DNA of 64,000 bases from Eledone cirrhosa (GCA_964016885.1 OZ024741.1:33356001-33420000), one strand, 5' to 3'. Positions 1-13,587 are shown, counted from the first letter of the stretch. Notes: generated by a model not told the origin, from the letters alone. Made by a program: numbers and translations.

Positions 1-70
1 AGTCTTTTTCTCTCTGTCTCTGTGTATGTGTGTGTGTATGTATCCCTCTCTGTATGTATGAGTGTGTCTG

Positions 71-108
<38 letters not shown>

Positions 109-402
109 AAATCCTCGCGTAAAGAAAGAGCTATTACTGATGTCAACCGGACGGCAAGAGATTGTAACAGTATAGATACAGGCGAGGGCTACAGTAAGCT
201 TTTTTAAATTTTTAAATCAAGGCAACCACACACACAGAGACCCACACTCACAGACCCCCCCCCCCACACACACACGCACACACAGACCCCCCCACACACA
301 CACGCACACACAGACCCACACACACACACGGAGAAACAGTCACACATACATATACACACTCATATACATACAGTAGGCATTAAGATAAGTAATTACTAGA
401 GT

Positions 403-435
<33 letters not shown>

Positions 436-589
436 AGAGCAACAACAGCAGCAGTAGTAGTATTAGTGAACGAGTCACATCACGTAGGAACCGACTAGGT
501 GAGGTAGGTTTTGTTCGAGATATTCTGTCCTCTGGGGACCACAAGACAGAGTAACCCTTAAATGAGAGTAAAGTTTAGTGTCAATTTGT

Positions 590-1135
590 ATAAATAACAT
601 TACAAATATTGGTGGAAATATGAAAGAAAAAAAGGATAAAAGCAAGCAACGAACTGAGGGTGAAGGGGTTAAGAAGGGCGGACCCGACTGTGTAGGAAAG
701 TAGGAGAAAGGGCTATAGATGTTATAAATGCTATAATTGAGAGGAAACGGACGGAAAAAGCCAAGACTATAAGGCGACGGAAGAAAGGGAGAGGAAGGGA
801 GAGAGTGATACGTTCTATGCCTAGGGTGGGGTGGTGTTTAGGCTGCGCGCCACCGACAATGGCCAGCGACACCCACTGCAACAGTGACCCTACCTCGCGG
901 GGATCTTTCTTCAGACGGGCTGCTGACGATCCAATTTTACGGAGGTCAGCTGTCCAGGGCCTGAAGAAGCCTAAGGTCTCGACAGCGACCAGGGCGAAGA
1001 GGAAGCAGATGGACAGACTCCAGTATTTTCTTGTCTTCCTGTCCTCTGCATTGCGGGCCACAGTACCGTGGTTTGTGGCCGTAGCGACTAAATTGAGATG
1101 GTGACAAATTCTCTCGCCTATCTACGCCACATAAA
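590..1135 (-). mobile_element. CRE-like non-LTR retrotransposon 3' fragment (restriction-like endonuclease C-terminus + 3' UTR)
   Basis: ORF 669..1061 reads ARNAEDRKTRKY..VAVETLG..KDPREVGSLLQWVSLAI, matching the AE..K..KY / AVET.G / QR.S.A pattern of CRE-clade RLE domains. A related copy lies at about 34905-35112. Confidence 0.75.
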
Positions 1136-1446
1136 CGGTAACATCCAACGAACCGTCTTGTGTGTAGCACTGTAACTTATTACACTTAAGCTGCTAAAGC
1201 AATATGAGATGGTTAGGGTGATGGCCGATAAGAGATGCTAGCCTTGCTAGAAATAGCAGCCAAATTCTTCCCTAAATTGAACCTTATACGTCTAAGCAAA
1301 AAAAAAAAAAAGGTAGGGTACCACAAAGTCTGACTCGTCATGAACTGACATTGAGTTAACTGCAACAGCAACCAGAACGACAACACTAAAATATCTGTGG
1401 AAAATGTCCGGCTCTTTGCAATTCCGATCACAAATCTCACCAAACC

Positions 1447-1640
1447 CAACTTTGCCTTTCGTCCTTCAGGAATCAGTAAAATGAATTGCCTGTAATAATT
1501 GTTTCTACTTTTGGCACAAGGCCAGCAATTAACCAGTGCATTACTGGTACTTTATTTTATCGACCTCGGCGGGATTTGAACTCACAATGGGTAGGGCCGT
1601 AACTCTATGCGTCAAAGCATGGCATCCGACCCTCTAATGG
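1447..1640 (-). mobile_element. tRNA-derived SINE family A (degenerate copy)
   Basis: Reverse complement of GAGTTCAAATCCCGCCGAGGTCGATAAAATAAAGTACCAG...GCTGGCCTTGTGCCAAAAGTAGAAAC. Confidence 0.8.
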
Positions 1641-1715
1641 AGTGGAAAATCGAGCCTACAACTTGATTACTGTTGCTACCATTGCTGCTGAGGAATCTAC
1701 TAACGCATATCTTAA

Positions 1716-2164
1716 CCCTTCCATCAGTGCATTTCTAATGAAATACACTCTATTTTAATTAATTAATGAAGAATTTCGAGGGATTTACTAAAATTATTAA
1801 TTATGTCATTACTTAGATAGTAACTTAATGAGCTGGCCTGCCGCAGATGTGAGCCTCGCGAGCTGGAATGGCTTTTCCAGCGCGTCTCCCTTGCCGTCCT
1901 CTGGGAAACACCTTCTCCATTCTGTCCGCCGGGGCTGTGGGGAGGCCACCGATATGATTGACTGACTTGTCATTTTATCAGTCAGATACTCATCCACTAT
2001 TGTGCGCTTGTAGAGTCAGAACTATAGCAACTAAAGAACACTTAATGTAAGGTTCTCATATAAATTAGCGTTGGAAGGTTTTAATTTCAATTGGGAACCT
2101 TTAAAATGGGGGATTTTATATCATAGAACCAGAGCTGGTTTGGGCCGGATTGGTAATTAAAGGG
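1716..2164. mobile_element. piggyBac-like MITE interrupted by a CRE-like LINE fragment (about 1850-1960)
   Basis: TTAA-CCCTT at 1712-1720 and AAGGG-TTAA at 2160-2168. The internal GTGAGCCTCGCGAGCTGGAATGGC segment is shared with the CRE fragments. Confidence 0.65.
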
Positions 2165-2349
2165 TTAAGTCAAACATTTTAAGGCTTTTGTTCGTCTGAA
2201 TCTTGCATTACCGTTTGTAGGTTTTCGCAGTCATCAGACTTGCGTGTATAAATGTAGTTACTTTGATTGTTACTGGGCTTTTGTACCTATAAAAGAAATA
2301 TTTGTCAAAAATATAGAATACGAATAGGAAACACACACACGCACACCCA

Positions 2350-2384
<35 letters not shown>

Positions 2385-2580
2385 CCATTCTCACACATAT
2401 ATATTCAGATAGATAGATAGAGATATAAAGAAAGAGTGTAGGCCGGTTCTAAATGAGGAACAGTGTAGTGTTGTCTGCGTGTAGTCAGTTGTCGTTTAAA
2501 CGTACATAATACATAAATATATACACATATACACATATATTATATATGCAATCACATACACACACGTATATATATATATA

Positions 2581-2614
<34 letters not shown>

Positions 2615-3360
2615 TTGTGTGTGTGTGTAGTGTTAAACATGAAATTTAATACAATCTACTATCAGTTCTGTATTCAGTGCTTTCATCTTTGTTTGTACAA
2701 GCTAAATACGGTAAAGAACTACTACATACATACATGTATATATACATACATAATTACATACATACATATATATATATACAGACACACATACATATATTCA
2801 TACATTTATACATACATACTTACATACATATATACATATATACATATATACATATATACATACATACATACATTCATACATACACATAAATATATACATA
2901 TATACACATAAATATAAACATATATACATATATACATACATTCATACATAATACTTACATATACATGCATATACATACATAAGCATACATACATACATAT
3001 ATACAAATATACATACATCTGTATATGTTCGTATGTTTGTGTATATCCCTTAATAGGTGTGTTTGTGTAAAATATAACCCAACCTCCCTAAACCAGTAAC
3101 CTAAAGCCGACAACTGAGTTATCTGCTCTAACCACTCTAATGAACCCTTTTTTATCCATAAATGTATTTGTACAAGTTTTAGTTATTGTTTTTTAATATT
3201 TTCCTCATGACCGGATTAAGAAAATGGACTTAATAGAAGCTAACAGCATTACACAAGCTCCACTTGATTCTTAACTATCCCGCCTAGAAATTGAACCTAG
3301 ATCAGGAAAGAGTAAATAAATAAAGAGTTTAATGCCCACAGAAAAATATATAAATATACC

Positions 3361-3720
3361 TACGAGAGTCGGCTGAAAAGTCTACAGTCTACGAACCAAC
3401 AAACTTTTAGCCTAACAGAGAAACCTTATTTGGGTAACTCTAGTGGATAGAAATGATAAAAAAAATATGTCCCCCAAACTTCATTTTTAAATAGTTGACT
3501 TGATTCGAGCTCATAGAGATCAATATATTAATGAAAAACAACAGCAGACTTCTGTCAAGCAGTACGAGATTATTTCTTATCGTTGTTATTTAACACCAGA
3601 TAAACCTTGAAAATATATTCAACGAGGGTTGGTTGAAAGGTTTATTGGCTGTAAACTTAACAGGCTGACCACGATACACTCATGGAATGACCAAATGAGG
3701 TGTGTTTTTCAACATAGTCC
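3361..3720 (+). mobile_element. mariner-type TIR remnants
   Basis: TACGAGAGTCGGCTGAAAAGT (3361) and ACGAGGGTTGGTTGAAAGGTT (3622) resemble the TA-CGAGGG..TGAAAAGTT termini at 35941/35958. Confidence 0.45.
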
Positions 3721-3768
3721 CTGGACAGAAAAAAATGCAGTTATTAATAAGAGGAGTTGAAATTAATG

Positions 3769-3917
3769 CAGGCGTGGGCAACCTTTTTCGAACACCGGGC
3801 CGCGTAGGATGTGGCTCTTCGTAAGGTATGCCGCAATACTAACAAAATTCAAGGCAATTTTGAAATTGAGCGAAGTGAATTCAGGAAAGGAAACGGACCG
3901 CAGTTTACACATGACTG
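3769..3917. mobile_element. hAT (Charlie-like) MITE remnant
   Basis: CAGGCGTGGGCAACCT start and an imperfect inverted end CAGTTTACACATGACTG. No 8-bp TSD is visible. Confidence 0.45.
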
Positions 3918-3944
3918 GTCGGAACTCTGTGGTTAACACAGGAG

Positions 3945-4200
3945 GCTCCTCGTGCCGTTGCTTATCCCGGTTTATTAGCGTAAAGCGACTGAAAGTACAA
4001 GACTTTCCCCTGAACAGGACGCTAATCCATCGCAGGCTTAAAACCTCAGCTATTGCTGGTAATCATTTTCAGCTAAGTATACTGGAACAACGTGAAATGA
4101 AGTGTCTTGCTCAAGAACACAACAGACATCCCAACACAGTAATCGAACCCACCACATTATGATCGTAAGTCCAACACGCTTACAACTAGGCCACCCGTCT
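3945..4200 (-). mobile_element. tRNA-derived SINE family B
   Basis: Reverse strand has A box TGGCCTAGTTG, B box GGTTCGATT and core GTTCTTGAGCAAGACACTTCATTTCACGTTG. Confidence 0.8.
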
Positions 4201-4461
4201 CTACAATTGAATATTAGTAATAACTGTTTCTACTTTAGGCACAAGGCCAGCAATTACCCAGTGCATTACTGGTACTTTATTTTATCGACCCCGTAAGGAT
4301 GAATATTAGTAATAACACAATCAAGTGAATAGCGAGTATGATAATGTTGAGCTGAATAGAAGAATTCTTGTGCAATTTATTTCAATTTCGTGGTTTAGCA
4401 ACATTTCATTTTAAGTGCAGCATTTTATACTTCTTGTAGGAAAAATATGACCAGTAAAGCA

Positions 4462-4554
<93 letters not shown>

Positions 4555-4570
4555 ATTTATGTATATAAAT

Positions 4571-4606
<36 letters not shown>

Positions 4607-4627
4607 GATAATAGTGTGTGTGTGTGA

Positions 4628-4660
<33 letters not shown>

Positions 4661-4936
4661 GGAGAGAGAGAGAGAGAGAGAGCATTCAGTATTGCTGTTT
4701 GTTTGAATCATTGCGAAGTGTGTAGAAATCAGTTTAGTTTTGTTTTAATATAGAAAGCTATAGCAATGCAAATCGAACATAGATATATAAAAATGTAATA
4801 GTCACAAACCTGGTCTGGCTGTAGAAATGGGAAACTGTTACATTTAGCTTGGGGCATTACCAAATGCTTCAAGCATTATTCGCGAAATATTTAATTTTTC
4901 GATCTGCACTACTATATTCTTCTTACATAAAAAATA

Positions 4937-5089
<153 letters not shown>

Positions 5090-5132
5090 TATATACACAC
5101 ACACACATATATATATACACACACACACACAT

Positions 5133-5186
<54 letters not shown>

Positions 5187-5318
5187 ATGTGAATGTATGT
5201 ATGTTTATGTGTGTTTATGTGTGGGCGTATGTATATGTTTGTGTTTGTGTGTACATTTATATATATATATATGGAAAAATGGAACGGGAACAAAACAGAG
5301 AGGCAGTACGAACAAAGG

Positions 5319-5423
<105 letters not shown>

Positions 5424-5594
5424 GTGTATATATATAACCAGGTTGGTGTTGCTTCTTTTGACAAGCATGTATTTGATTTGATTCGTCAACCTCTCTATTT
5501 TTGACAGGGATATATTTCTGTTCCGACTACTTAACGAGGAAATAATCTTATTTATCAAAGAAATATATACATATCTATATATCTATCTATAATG

Positions 5595-5720
<126 letters not shown>

Positions 5721-6133
5721 TGTGTGTGTGTGTGTGGATTGAGAGGGGCGAGGCTGCGTGGTTACTGATAACGAGTGTTAGAAAGTTAAGAGAACTCAAA
5801 CAAGAGATAGACATTTTCCCTTCATCAGTTGTCTACTACGGCTCACGGATGTTTCAGCGCATTATAGATAATACATCTATCCGAAGCGCGTCCATAACTT
5901 ATTATCAACAAGTTATGAGGGAGAGAAAAGACGAAAAAGAGGCGATAGCGAAGAGAGAGAAAGAAAGAAAAAAGAGAAAAAAAGAAAAAAAGAAAAAACA
6001 TACCAATAGAAGGGGGAAACACAGGACAATGGTACATGTAAATAAGTAACCGAGGGGAGAGAGAGGACGAAGTTAAAAAAAAGGCAGTCACTACAATGAC
6101 TGAATCTTAACCAGGGTATGTCATGCATCATCT

Positions 6134-6200
6134 TATTTTATCTGATGAGGACGTACTGTTGAAGATAGCTCAGTACCTCTGAAATGTGTATAATAAAATA
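6134..6200 (+). ncRNA. minimal type I hammerhead ribozyme motif
   Basis: TATTTTAT-CTGATGA-(stem II GTACTG/CAGTAC)-GAAA-TGTGTA-TA-ATAAAATA. Stem I is 8 bp. Predicted cleavage is after 6192. Confidence 0.75.
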
Positions 6201-6259
6201 TACTTGATCACACGAATGTCTATTTTTGTTAATATTTTGAATTAATATATATATATATA

Positions 6260-6466
6260 TAGGAAAATGTTCAAGACCCCGACGGCAGAGCTCAAGCCGT
6301 TTCGACGGCTATTTCTGGACTGAAATGCGTCCAGAAATAGCCGTCGAAACGGCTTGAGCTCTGCCGTCAGGGTCTTAAACATTTTCCTATTACCCACTCT
6401 ACTACCCTAAGTATTGAGTACTCTGGTGCGTTATGGTCCACCTGGTTCCTTACCACAGTTCCTTCG

Positions 6467-6469
<3 letters not shown>
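6260..6469 (+). mobile_element. hairpin-plus-tail element (family H) in (TA)n
   Basis: Inverted arms span 6260-6389 and are followed by an unpaired 80-nt tail ending CCTTCGTTA. Six copies occur in the window. Confidence 0.85.
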
Positions 6470-6972
<503 letters not shown>

Positions 6973-7911
6973 TGATATGAAATCGTGTGTTGAAACAAAT
7001 ACTGTTATATTTGGGGAGGATTATATTGTTATAATATTGCCAGAAATAATAATAAAACACACTAACTGTTTGGTTTGGATTGGTTTTGGCTTCTGTATCT
7101 TTTACATCTCCATAGTTTATTTATCTGGCAATCAATGTTTCTCATTGATCATCAGTGGTACTATTATGTTTCCTCCCGTTGTATTGAAATGTACAAAGAG
7201 AACATTCGGGCAGACAATAAAAACAAGAAATACCCAGGGAAAATTCGTTTACCTGGACCGTCGGCAGTTTCTGCTGCACTTGGCTATATATATATATATG
7301 TGGTTAAAAGCATAACACACATTTACAGCAATTGCGTACACATGTGGATCTTATAGGTATTCATCAGTAGATATCTTTTTAGAATTGTATGGTTTTGCGG
7401 AGTATGTGTGATCGACCGCTTTCCAGATGAGTTTAGTAGAATTGTCAACTCGTGTTGCTTTTTCACAACGACGACATCGATAAATTTCTATTATACTCAC
7501 CCCTAACTTTTTAATTTCTCTTAGTCTAGTGCGGAAGCACGAAGCCAACTTTAGCTTTTTAGACCTTAGAAGCTGTATAGAATTCACTGGTAGGCTTACT
7601 ACTAAGTAGCCACGTAACAACAGGAACTGCCAAACTAATGTGTCAGAAGTGGTCATTCTCACAGACTCCGCAAAACCTCTAAAACGATATTATTCGCTGA
7701 TGAAACCCAATCAAATCCACTAGCTTAGAGCATTGAACTCACAGTTATAATGTTGTGGACAGCATCTAATGTTCGCAAGCGGAATACTATTTCACGTTGC
7801 TCCTTCTGCCACGAGTTGCAAATAGCTGATTATAGTAGCAGTGAAAAAAACAATAGAAACAGTTTTTTCTTGGTCTCATTTGACGATCGACGCCATTCCT
7901 TTTCCTTGCGT

Positions 7912-7954
<43 letters not shown>

Positions 7955-9050
7955 ATGTGAGCAACCCCGTTTCAATACGGTTACAACGGTACATACATAA
8001 ATAAACAAATATCGACACGATGCATAATACTTATAACTCGCATCTCTTCAGGAAAAAGTGAGAAATAATAAAGTTTACTCATTTCAAATGTTTCCAAGAT
8101 ACACAACATATCAAAACATTGAGCTTAGAGCGAGAAATTAGATTCAAGAGACATATTTTCTATATAGAGTTTCTTGACAGTGCAAAGTTATTGGTTACAG
8201 TATAATTCTTATGTCATTACTATTTACCATGTTATTAGTTATTTTTCTTATACAGTTAGGAATGGAAAGTATCCAATAGATAGCAGTAAGCAAGTTTATA
8301 TGAAAAGCATATCTATTATTTATAATGTTATATTATTTATATGGGTGGTTTTCTGCTAGCATTTGTAGTGTGTATATTGATATTATACGCAAGTATACAT
8401 GCATGTAGATATGATACATCAGAGAAATCGTAATTGACAATATAGACAGAAATTGAACGAACACTGCGTTACACTCTCTTATGTAATCAGTAACGAAATC
8501 CATGATACATTAAAAAAAGACGATATTATATATAATTAGGAGAAAATTAGTGACGGAAATATATGAAGGTTTATTTAAGCGATCGCTAACCGGAAGTGTT
8601 GACATTTGAAAATTTTAAAGAAGTGAATCTTTAAATAAGCAATAAAATATATTTAATCTACGAAATTTTGTATATAAATTATGTAATATTCATTCATTAT
8701 TTATTCAAAGTAATCCAACCTATTTTACAAACGGGATAAAAAATTATATTCTGGATGCAGTCCCGCACTCCTTTCTTTATTATAGTTAAGATATGTTATA
8801 TTATTTATATATGTTGTTATTAAGTTTCGTTATATAGTTAGAATAAAAATAATTTTTAGATGTTTAGGAGTGGAAATGCTTTTTAAAAGGCTGTAGCGAG
8901 CGAACGTAAGGGGACATCATTACATAAGCAACGAATATATACACATAGAAAGTGCACACATTTGTATCAATCCGGTTCCAATATATAACATTTGACTCGA
9001 GTTGAATTGACCTTGTTCATATCACTCTGTTTATCACTTCCATTATACAA

Positions 9051-9247
9051 GGCGGTGGATTGGCAGTATCGGTAGAGGGTCGGACACCATGCCTTGCAGC
9101 ATACAGTTACGGCCCTTTAAGATCTGAGTCCAAATCCCGTCGAGGTTAACTTTGCCTTTCATCCTTATGGGGTCGATAAAATAAAGTACCAGTCACGCAC
9201 TGGGGTCGATTTAATTACTGGCCGTGTGCCTATATAAGAAACATTAT
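9051..9247 (+). mobile_element. tRNA-derived SINE family A
   Basis: GGCGGTGGATTGGCAGTATCGGTAG head, B-box-like GAGTCCAAATCC and core AACTTTGCCTTTCATCCTT..GGGGTCGATAAAATAAAGTACCAG (resembles the Nin/Sauria-type central domain). Confidence 0.85.
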
Positions 9248-9712
9248 ACAGGAATCGAGATATCTGTCTTTACGTTGTTTATTTATTCTTAGTCAAGTCT
9301 TTGTAGTCTGGCGGTGTTGATTCAGTTAATGTCATCTGTTAATTAATTTTCCTTATCTACATTGTGCCTAATCATTTTTACAATTTTGTAGATAATCAAT
9401 GGACAAAGTACGGTTCGATTTGTTTGTTTCGGATTATGTTTATCACCGTAGTATTCTGATACTAGTTTTAAGAAGTTTTAATTATTATTATTATTTCATC
9501 CTTACGGGGTCGATAAAATAAAGTACCAGTAATGTACTGAGTAATTGCTGGCCTTGTGCCAAAAGTAGAATTATTATTTTTATTAGGGAGTATCGTGAAA
9601 GTTAATTAATGTTCTGTATTAATTTATGTATGCTTGCACATATAGATCCATATTCATGCGCTTATATACAAATATATCCACACTTAAACATATACACACT
9701 TTTATATATATA

Positions 9713-9762
<50 letters not shown>

Positions 9763-10354
9763 TGAGAAGAATTGAGTGCTGCATGGTTGCACATGGGTTA
9801 CATATGAATAAAATTAGTCCTTCATCAGTGATTTTCCAACTTTCATTGGTATTTCATCGCTTTAAAAATCATATACTTCTAGTTGGTGCGAGCAATAGCT
9901 AAATAAAGTTATTGGGACAAGTAAAATAGGGTGAAACGAGCGAAACAAGTAAACAAACAAACATGGTATTGCAACGGAAAGATAGGAAGAAATAAGCACA
10001 TGATATCTGTAAGCTTAATCTGGGTGAATTTCATGGGCGAGAGAGACATACAGACCATCCGACATGGGTGAGGTGTGAGTGAGAAAGGACCCCACACAGG
10101 CCAAACGGGAGGAAGTGAGAGGGGGAGAAGCAGAGAGTGAGTGAGTGGAAGTGCGAGGAAGAGGCCAGGCGAGAGAAAGTGTGACTGACAGAGGGGGCAA
10201 AAGAAGGTGAGAGATACAGAGAGAGGGGGAAGTAGTAAGAAAGAAACAGACAAACGCAGCTGAGAAAAAAAAATATATATATATATAAATATGAGAAGAA
10301 TTGAATGCTGCGTGGTTGCACATGGGTTACATATGAATAAAATTAGTCCTTATT

Positions 10355-10409
<55 letters not shown>

Positions 10410-10782
10410 ATATGATGTGTCTTCACCTTCTCGTCAATATTCGCCCGTTCTTATGTTCGAAATGAATTATTGACTTGATTTTTTCATTTTTTCCTCTCTT
10501 TACGTTGCCTCACCATTCGTGTTTCTTTACCTGTCTCTCTTTCCCCACCCAACTCTTGTTATCCCAATAACTTATTGTAGTTACTGTATTGCCCTAGCTG
10601 GAGGTATATTGTCTGTAATGCGAAGAAATACCTATGATGGCTAGTAGACAACTGATGATGGATATTCCTAACTTCTATTTCTAATTCTTCATTTATTATA
10701 CTTAACTGCAACAACACAGCTCGCCATGTTTTATATATATATATATATATGTGTGTGTGGGGGGGGGGGGTATAATATATAT

Positions 10783-12370
10783 AGGCACCCAACGCCTGCC
10801 GCCCCAACGCTGTAGCCTTTTTCTCAAGGTACGTGGACGATATCCTCATCCTCACATCTTCCCAAGACACGGCGAACAGAATCTATGAGACGTTCAACAA
10901 CACGGACGAGAACATTGACTTCAGTGTTGAACACCCCAACGGAGACGGGTCACTTGCCCTCCTCGACTTCCGAATCAACACCACGGAACAGGGAAGGATC
11001 CACTGCAACTTCTACCGAAAGGCAGCCTGCAGGGACCTGTTCGTTCACTACAAGTCCGCCCTCCCTAACAGTGCCAAAAGAGGATACATCACGAACGAGA
11101 TCGCGCGAATCAAAAACAGATGCAGCGATCCGCGAGTGGTGTCACTCATACCAAGCGATTCCTCGAGGTGCTGGAGACGAACGGGTACCCTACCTCGATC
11201 ACAGACAGAATAGGAGACACCAGACACAAGAGACAGAGAGGCACCCAAGGCAAGTGCTTCCTTAAAATTCCACATCTGGGCGAGAATACCACCAACGCTA
11301 TCCGCAAGGCTATACGGAGGGAGGGCCTCGATATCCACCTGGCCCACTCGGGCCCCTCCCTGCGAAGATGCCTCTCCAAGAAACCCGGGAAATCTACTGA
11401 CGCATGCTCCCTCAGAGACTGCCCGATACGCCATGCGAAATGTTGCCTACGCACATACGTCGTGTATAAGATAGAATGTGACAGGTGCAACCAATATTAC
11501 ATAGGTAGCACAATCCGACCTTTGCACATCCGGATCAAGGAACACACTAAAACCAGGGCCTCGTCTTTCCGGAAACACATAGACAAATGCGGAAACAAAG
11601 ACGGAAGGCCCATTGTCACAATTCTAGCGACTGAAAGAAACGTCGGCACGTTACGTATCAAGGAAGCACTTTTTATCAAACGCCTGCAACCGAAAATAAA
11701 CAACCGATTAGAGAGAAGCGAAATGAGATGGCTGGTTTAAGTTAACAAACGATGTAGCAACACACAACACACGCACACACAAACGAGACAACTACACACA
11801 CACACACACACACACAGTAACATTCCACCATACGAACATACTACACTGCCAATACAGAGGAACAAGGCAACTACACACGCGCACACACACACACTCAAGC
11901 GAGACAACAACACACGCACACACAGTAACATTTAACAAATAGGCAGAGAATGGACTGACAGCTAGCGCCACCCCACTCCCTCATTCGGCCGCTGACCTCT
12001 ACTCGACCCACCCCATTTCACGCGCACGCGCGCTCTGCCGAATACCTCAGATATTCAAAACAACAAACAGCGGAGGACGCGTTTCGCACCTGTCCGACAG
12101 ACAACCTTTACCCCGGAAAAAAACCCCAGTTGATGGATGTGAATCCGAAATATATAGGGACTATTAAATCTCTCCCAAGGTAACTCTCTCTTGTGTTGTT
12201 ATTTTTAATTTTATCCTTTATACTCTTCCCTTCTTTCTTCTACACATTTACACATCTTTACACACCACGCATCTCAACGTACACCAACTTACATCTCTCT
12301 CTCCACCACCGGATCTTGTTACCCGGAGATTTACCCATTTGCATTGTCGAGGCTTCCAAACGATTTAAAG
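10783..12370 (+). mobile_element. Penelope-like element, 5'-truncated (RT C-terminus + GIY-YIG + 3' UTR)
   Basis: FFSRYVDDIL, F.VE...GSLALLDFRI..G....FYRK, then a frameshift into VVYKIECDRCNQYYIGSTIRPLHIRIKEH..LRIKEALFI..LQPKIN. Bounded by TA repeats. Confidence 0.95.
11120..11740 (+). CDS. GIY-YIG endonuclease portion of the Penelope-like ORF (frameshifted from the RT part 10833..11213)
   Basis: VVY..YIG motif, conserved R..EH, E and N, and a Cys-rich linker CSLRDCPIRHAKCC. Confidence 0.85.
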   Translation: MQRSASGVTHTKRFLEVLETNGYPTSITDRIGDTRHKRQRGTQGKCFLKIPHLGENTTNAIRKAIRREGLDIHLAHSGPSLRRCLSKKPGKSTDACSLRDCPIRHAKCCLRTYVVYKIECDRCNQYYIGSTIRPLHIRIKEHTKTRASSFRKHIDKCGNKDGRPIVTILATERNVGTLRIKEALFIKRLQPKINNRLERSEMRWLV

Positions 12371-12371
12371 A

Positions 12372-12435
<64 letters not shown>

Positions 12436-12444
12436 ATATATATA

Positions 12445-12732
<288 letters not shown>

Positions 12733-12934
12733 GGTTCTTTTTTAACCCCAGTACACCCTCGCCGAAACTGATTGGCGCTGCATTTGGGTTTAGACCTTTC
12801 TGGATAACCCTGAGCCAATGTTCAACGAAAGGTTAATACACAATAAAAAAAGAAATACATGTAAAGGAAACTCTGCCTGTGCATTGAGTATTTGTTTTGG
12901 TAACTCTTCTAGTAATCCACTAAATCACATACAT

Positions 12935-13033
<99 letters not shown>

Positions 13034-13545
13034 TAGAATTGGTGCTCTGAAATAGCTATATATATATATATGAATGTATATATAGTGTATTTTGCAATAC
13101 ACTGTATGCTTAATTAAAAGCATTTCGAAGACCTTATGCTATTGTTTTAGAGTAGTGACAGACTCATTTACTTTAATTTTCAGCAAACAGGGGAGATAAA
13201 GCTGACAAGGCCCTGTTTCGCATTTATTGATGCTTATCAAAGCCAACTACTCCTCCTGTTTGCTGAAATCATGGATGTTTGGTTCTTATAGAATTCTAGT
13301 AAATAATCAGGAACTGATTATACAGAGCGGTTGCCGGTCAAGCATGCTGAAAATTAAAGTAAGTGAGTCTGTCACTACTCTAAAACAATAGCATAAGGTC
13401 TTCGAAGTGCTTTTAATTAAGCATACAATGTATTGCAAAATACACTATATATACATTCATATATATATAGCTATTTCAGAGCACCAATTCTAATTTTCAA
13501 TTTCTGCTTGATCGACAACCGCTCTGTATAATCAGTTCCTGGATA
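13034..13545. mobile_element. fold-back element (family F), complex copy
   Basis: Arms 13034-13185 / 13346-13492, plus extra inversions 13177-13195 vs 13250-13269 and 13307-13345 vs 13505-13543. Confidence 0.85.
13200..13244 (-). ncRNA. type I hammerhead motif, U3-A8 core variant
   Basis: Minus strand GGCT-TTGATAA-GCAT caataa ATGC-GAAA-CAGGGCCTTG-TC-AGCT. Confidence 0.72.
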
Positions 13546-13587
13546 TCCAGTGAATTTCCAACCGATAAGGTATGATTTTCATGGGTA

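Noticed and set aside
5805-5865. CTGATGA and GAAAC on the minus strand (also CTGATGA at 10652)
   Set aside because: I could not assemble stems I-III into a hammerhead. This is probably a repeat remnant.
7351-7662. Minus-strand ORF with CxxC and DHTY (FLYWCH- or THAP-like hints)
   Set aside because: The motifs are too short and incomplete to support a call.
8590-8599. ETS motif CCGGAAGTG (also YY1-like at 18972 and 33371, CRE site at 55610)
   Set aside because: Isolated short motifs, expected by chance in 64 kb.
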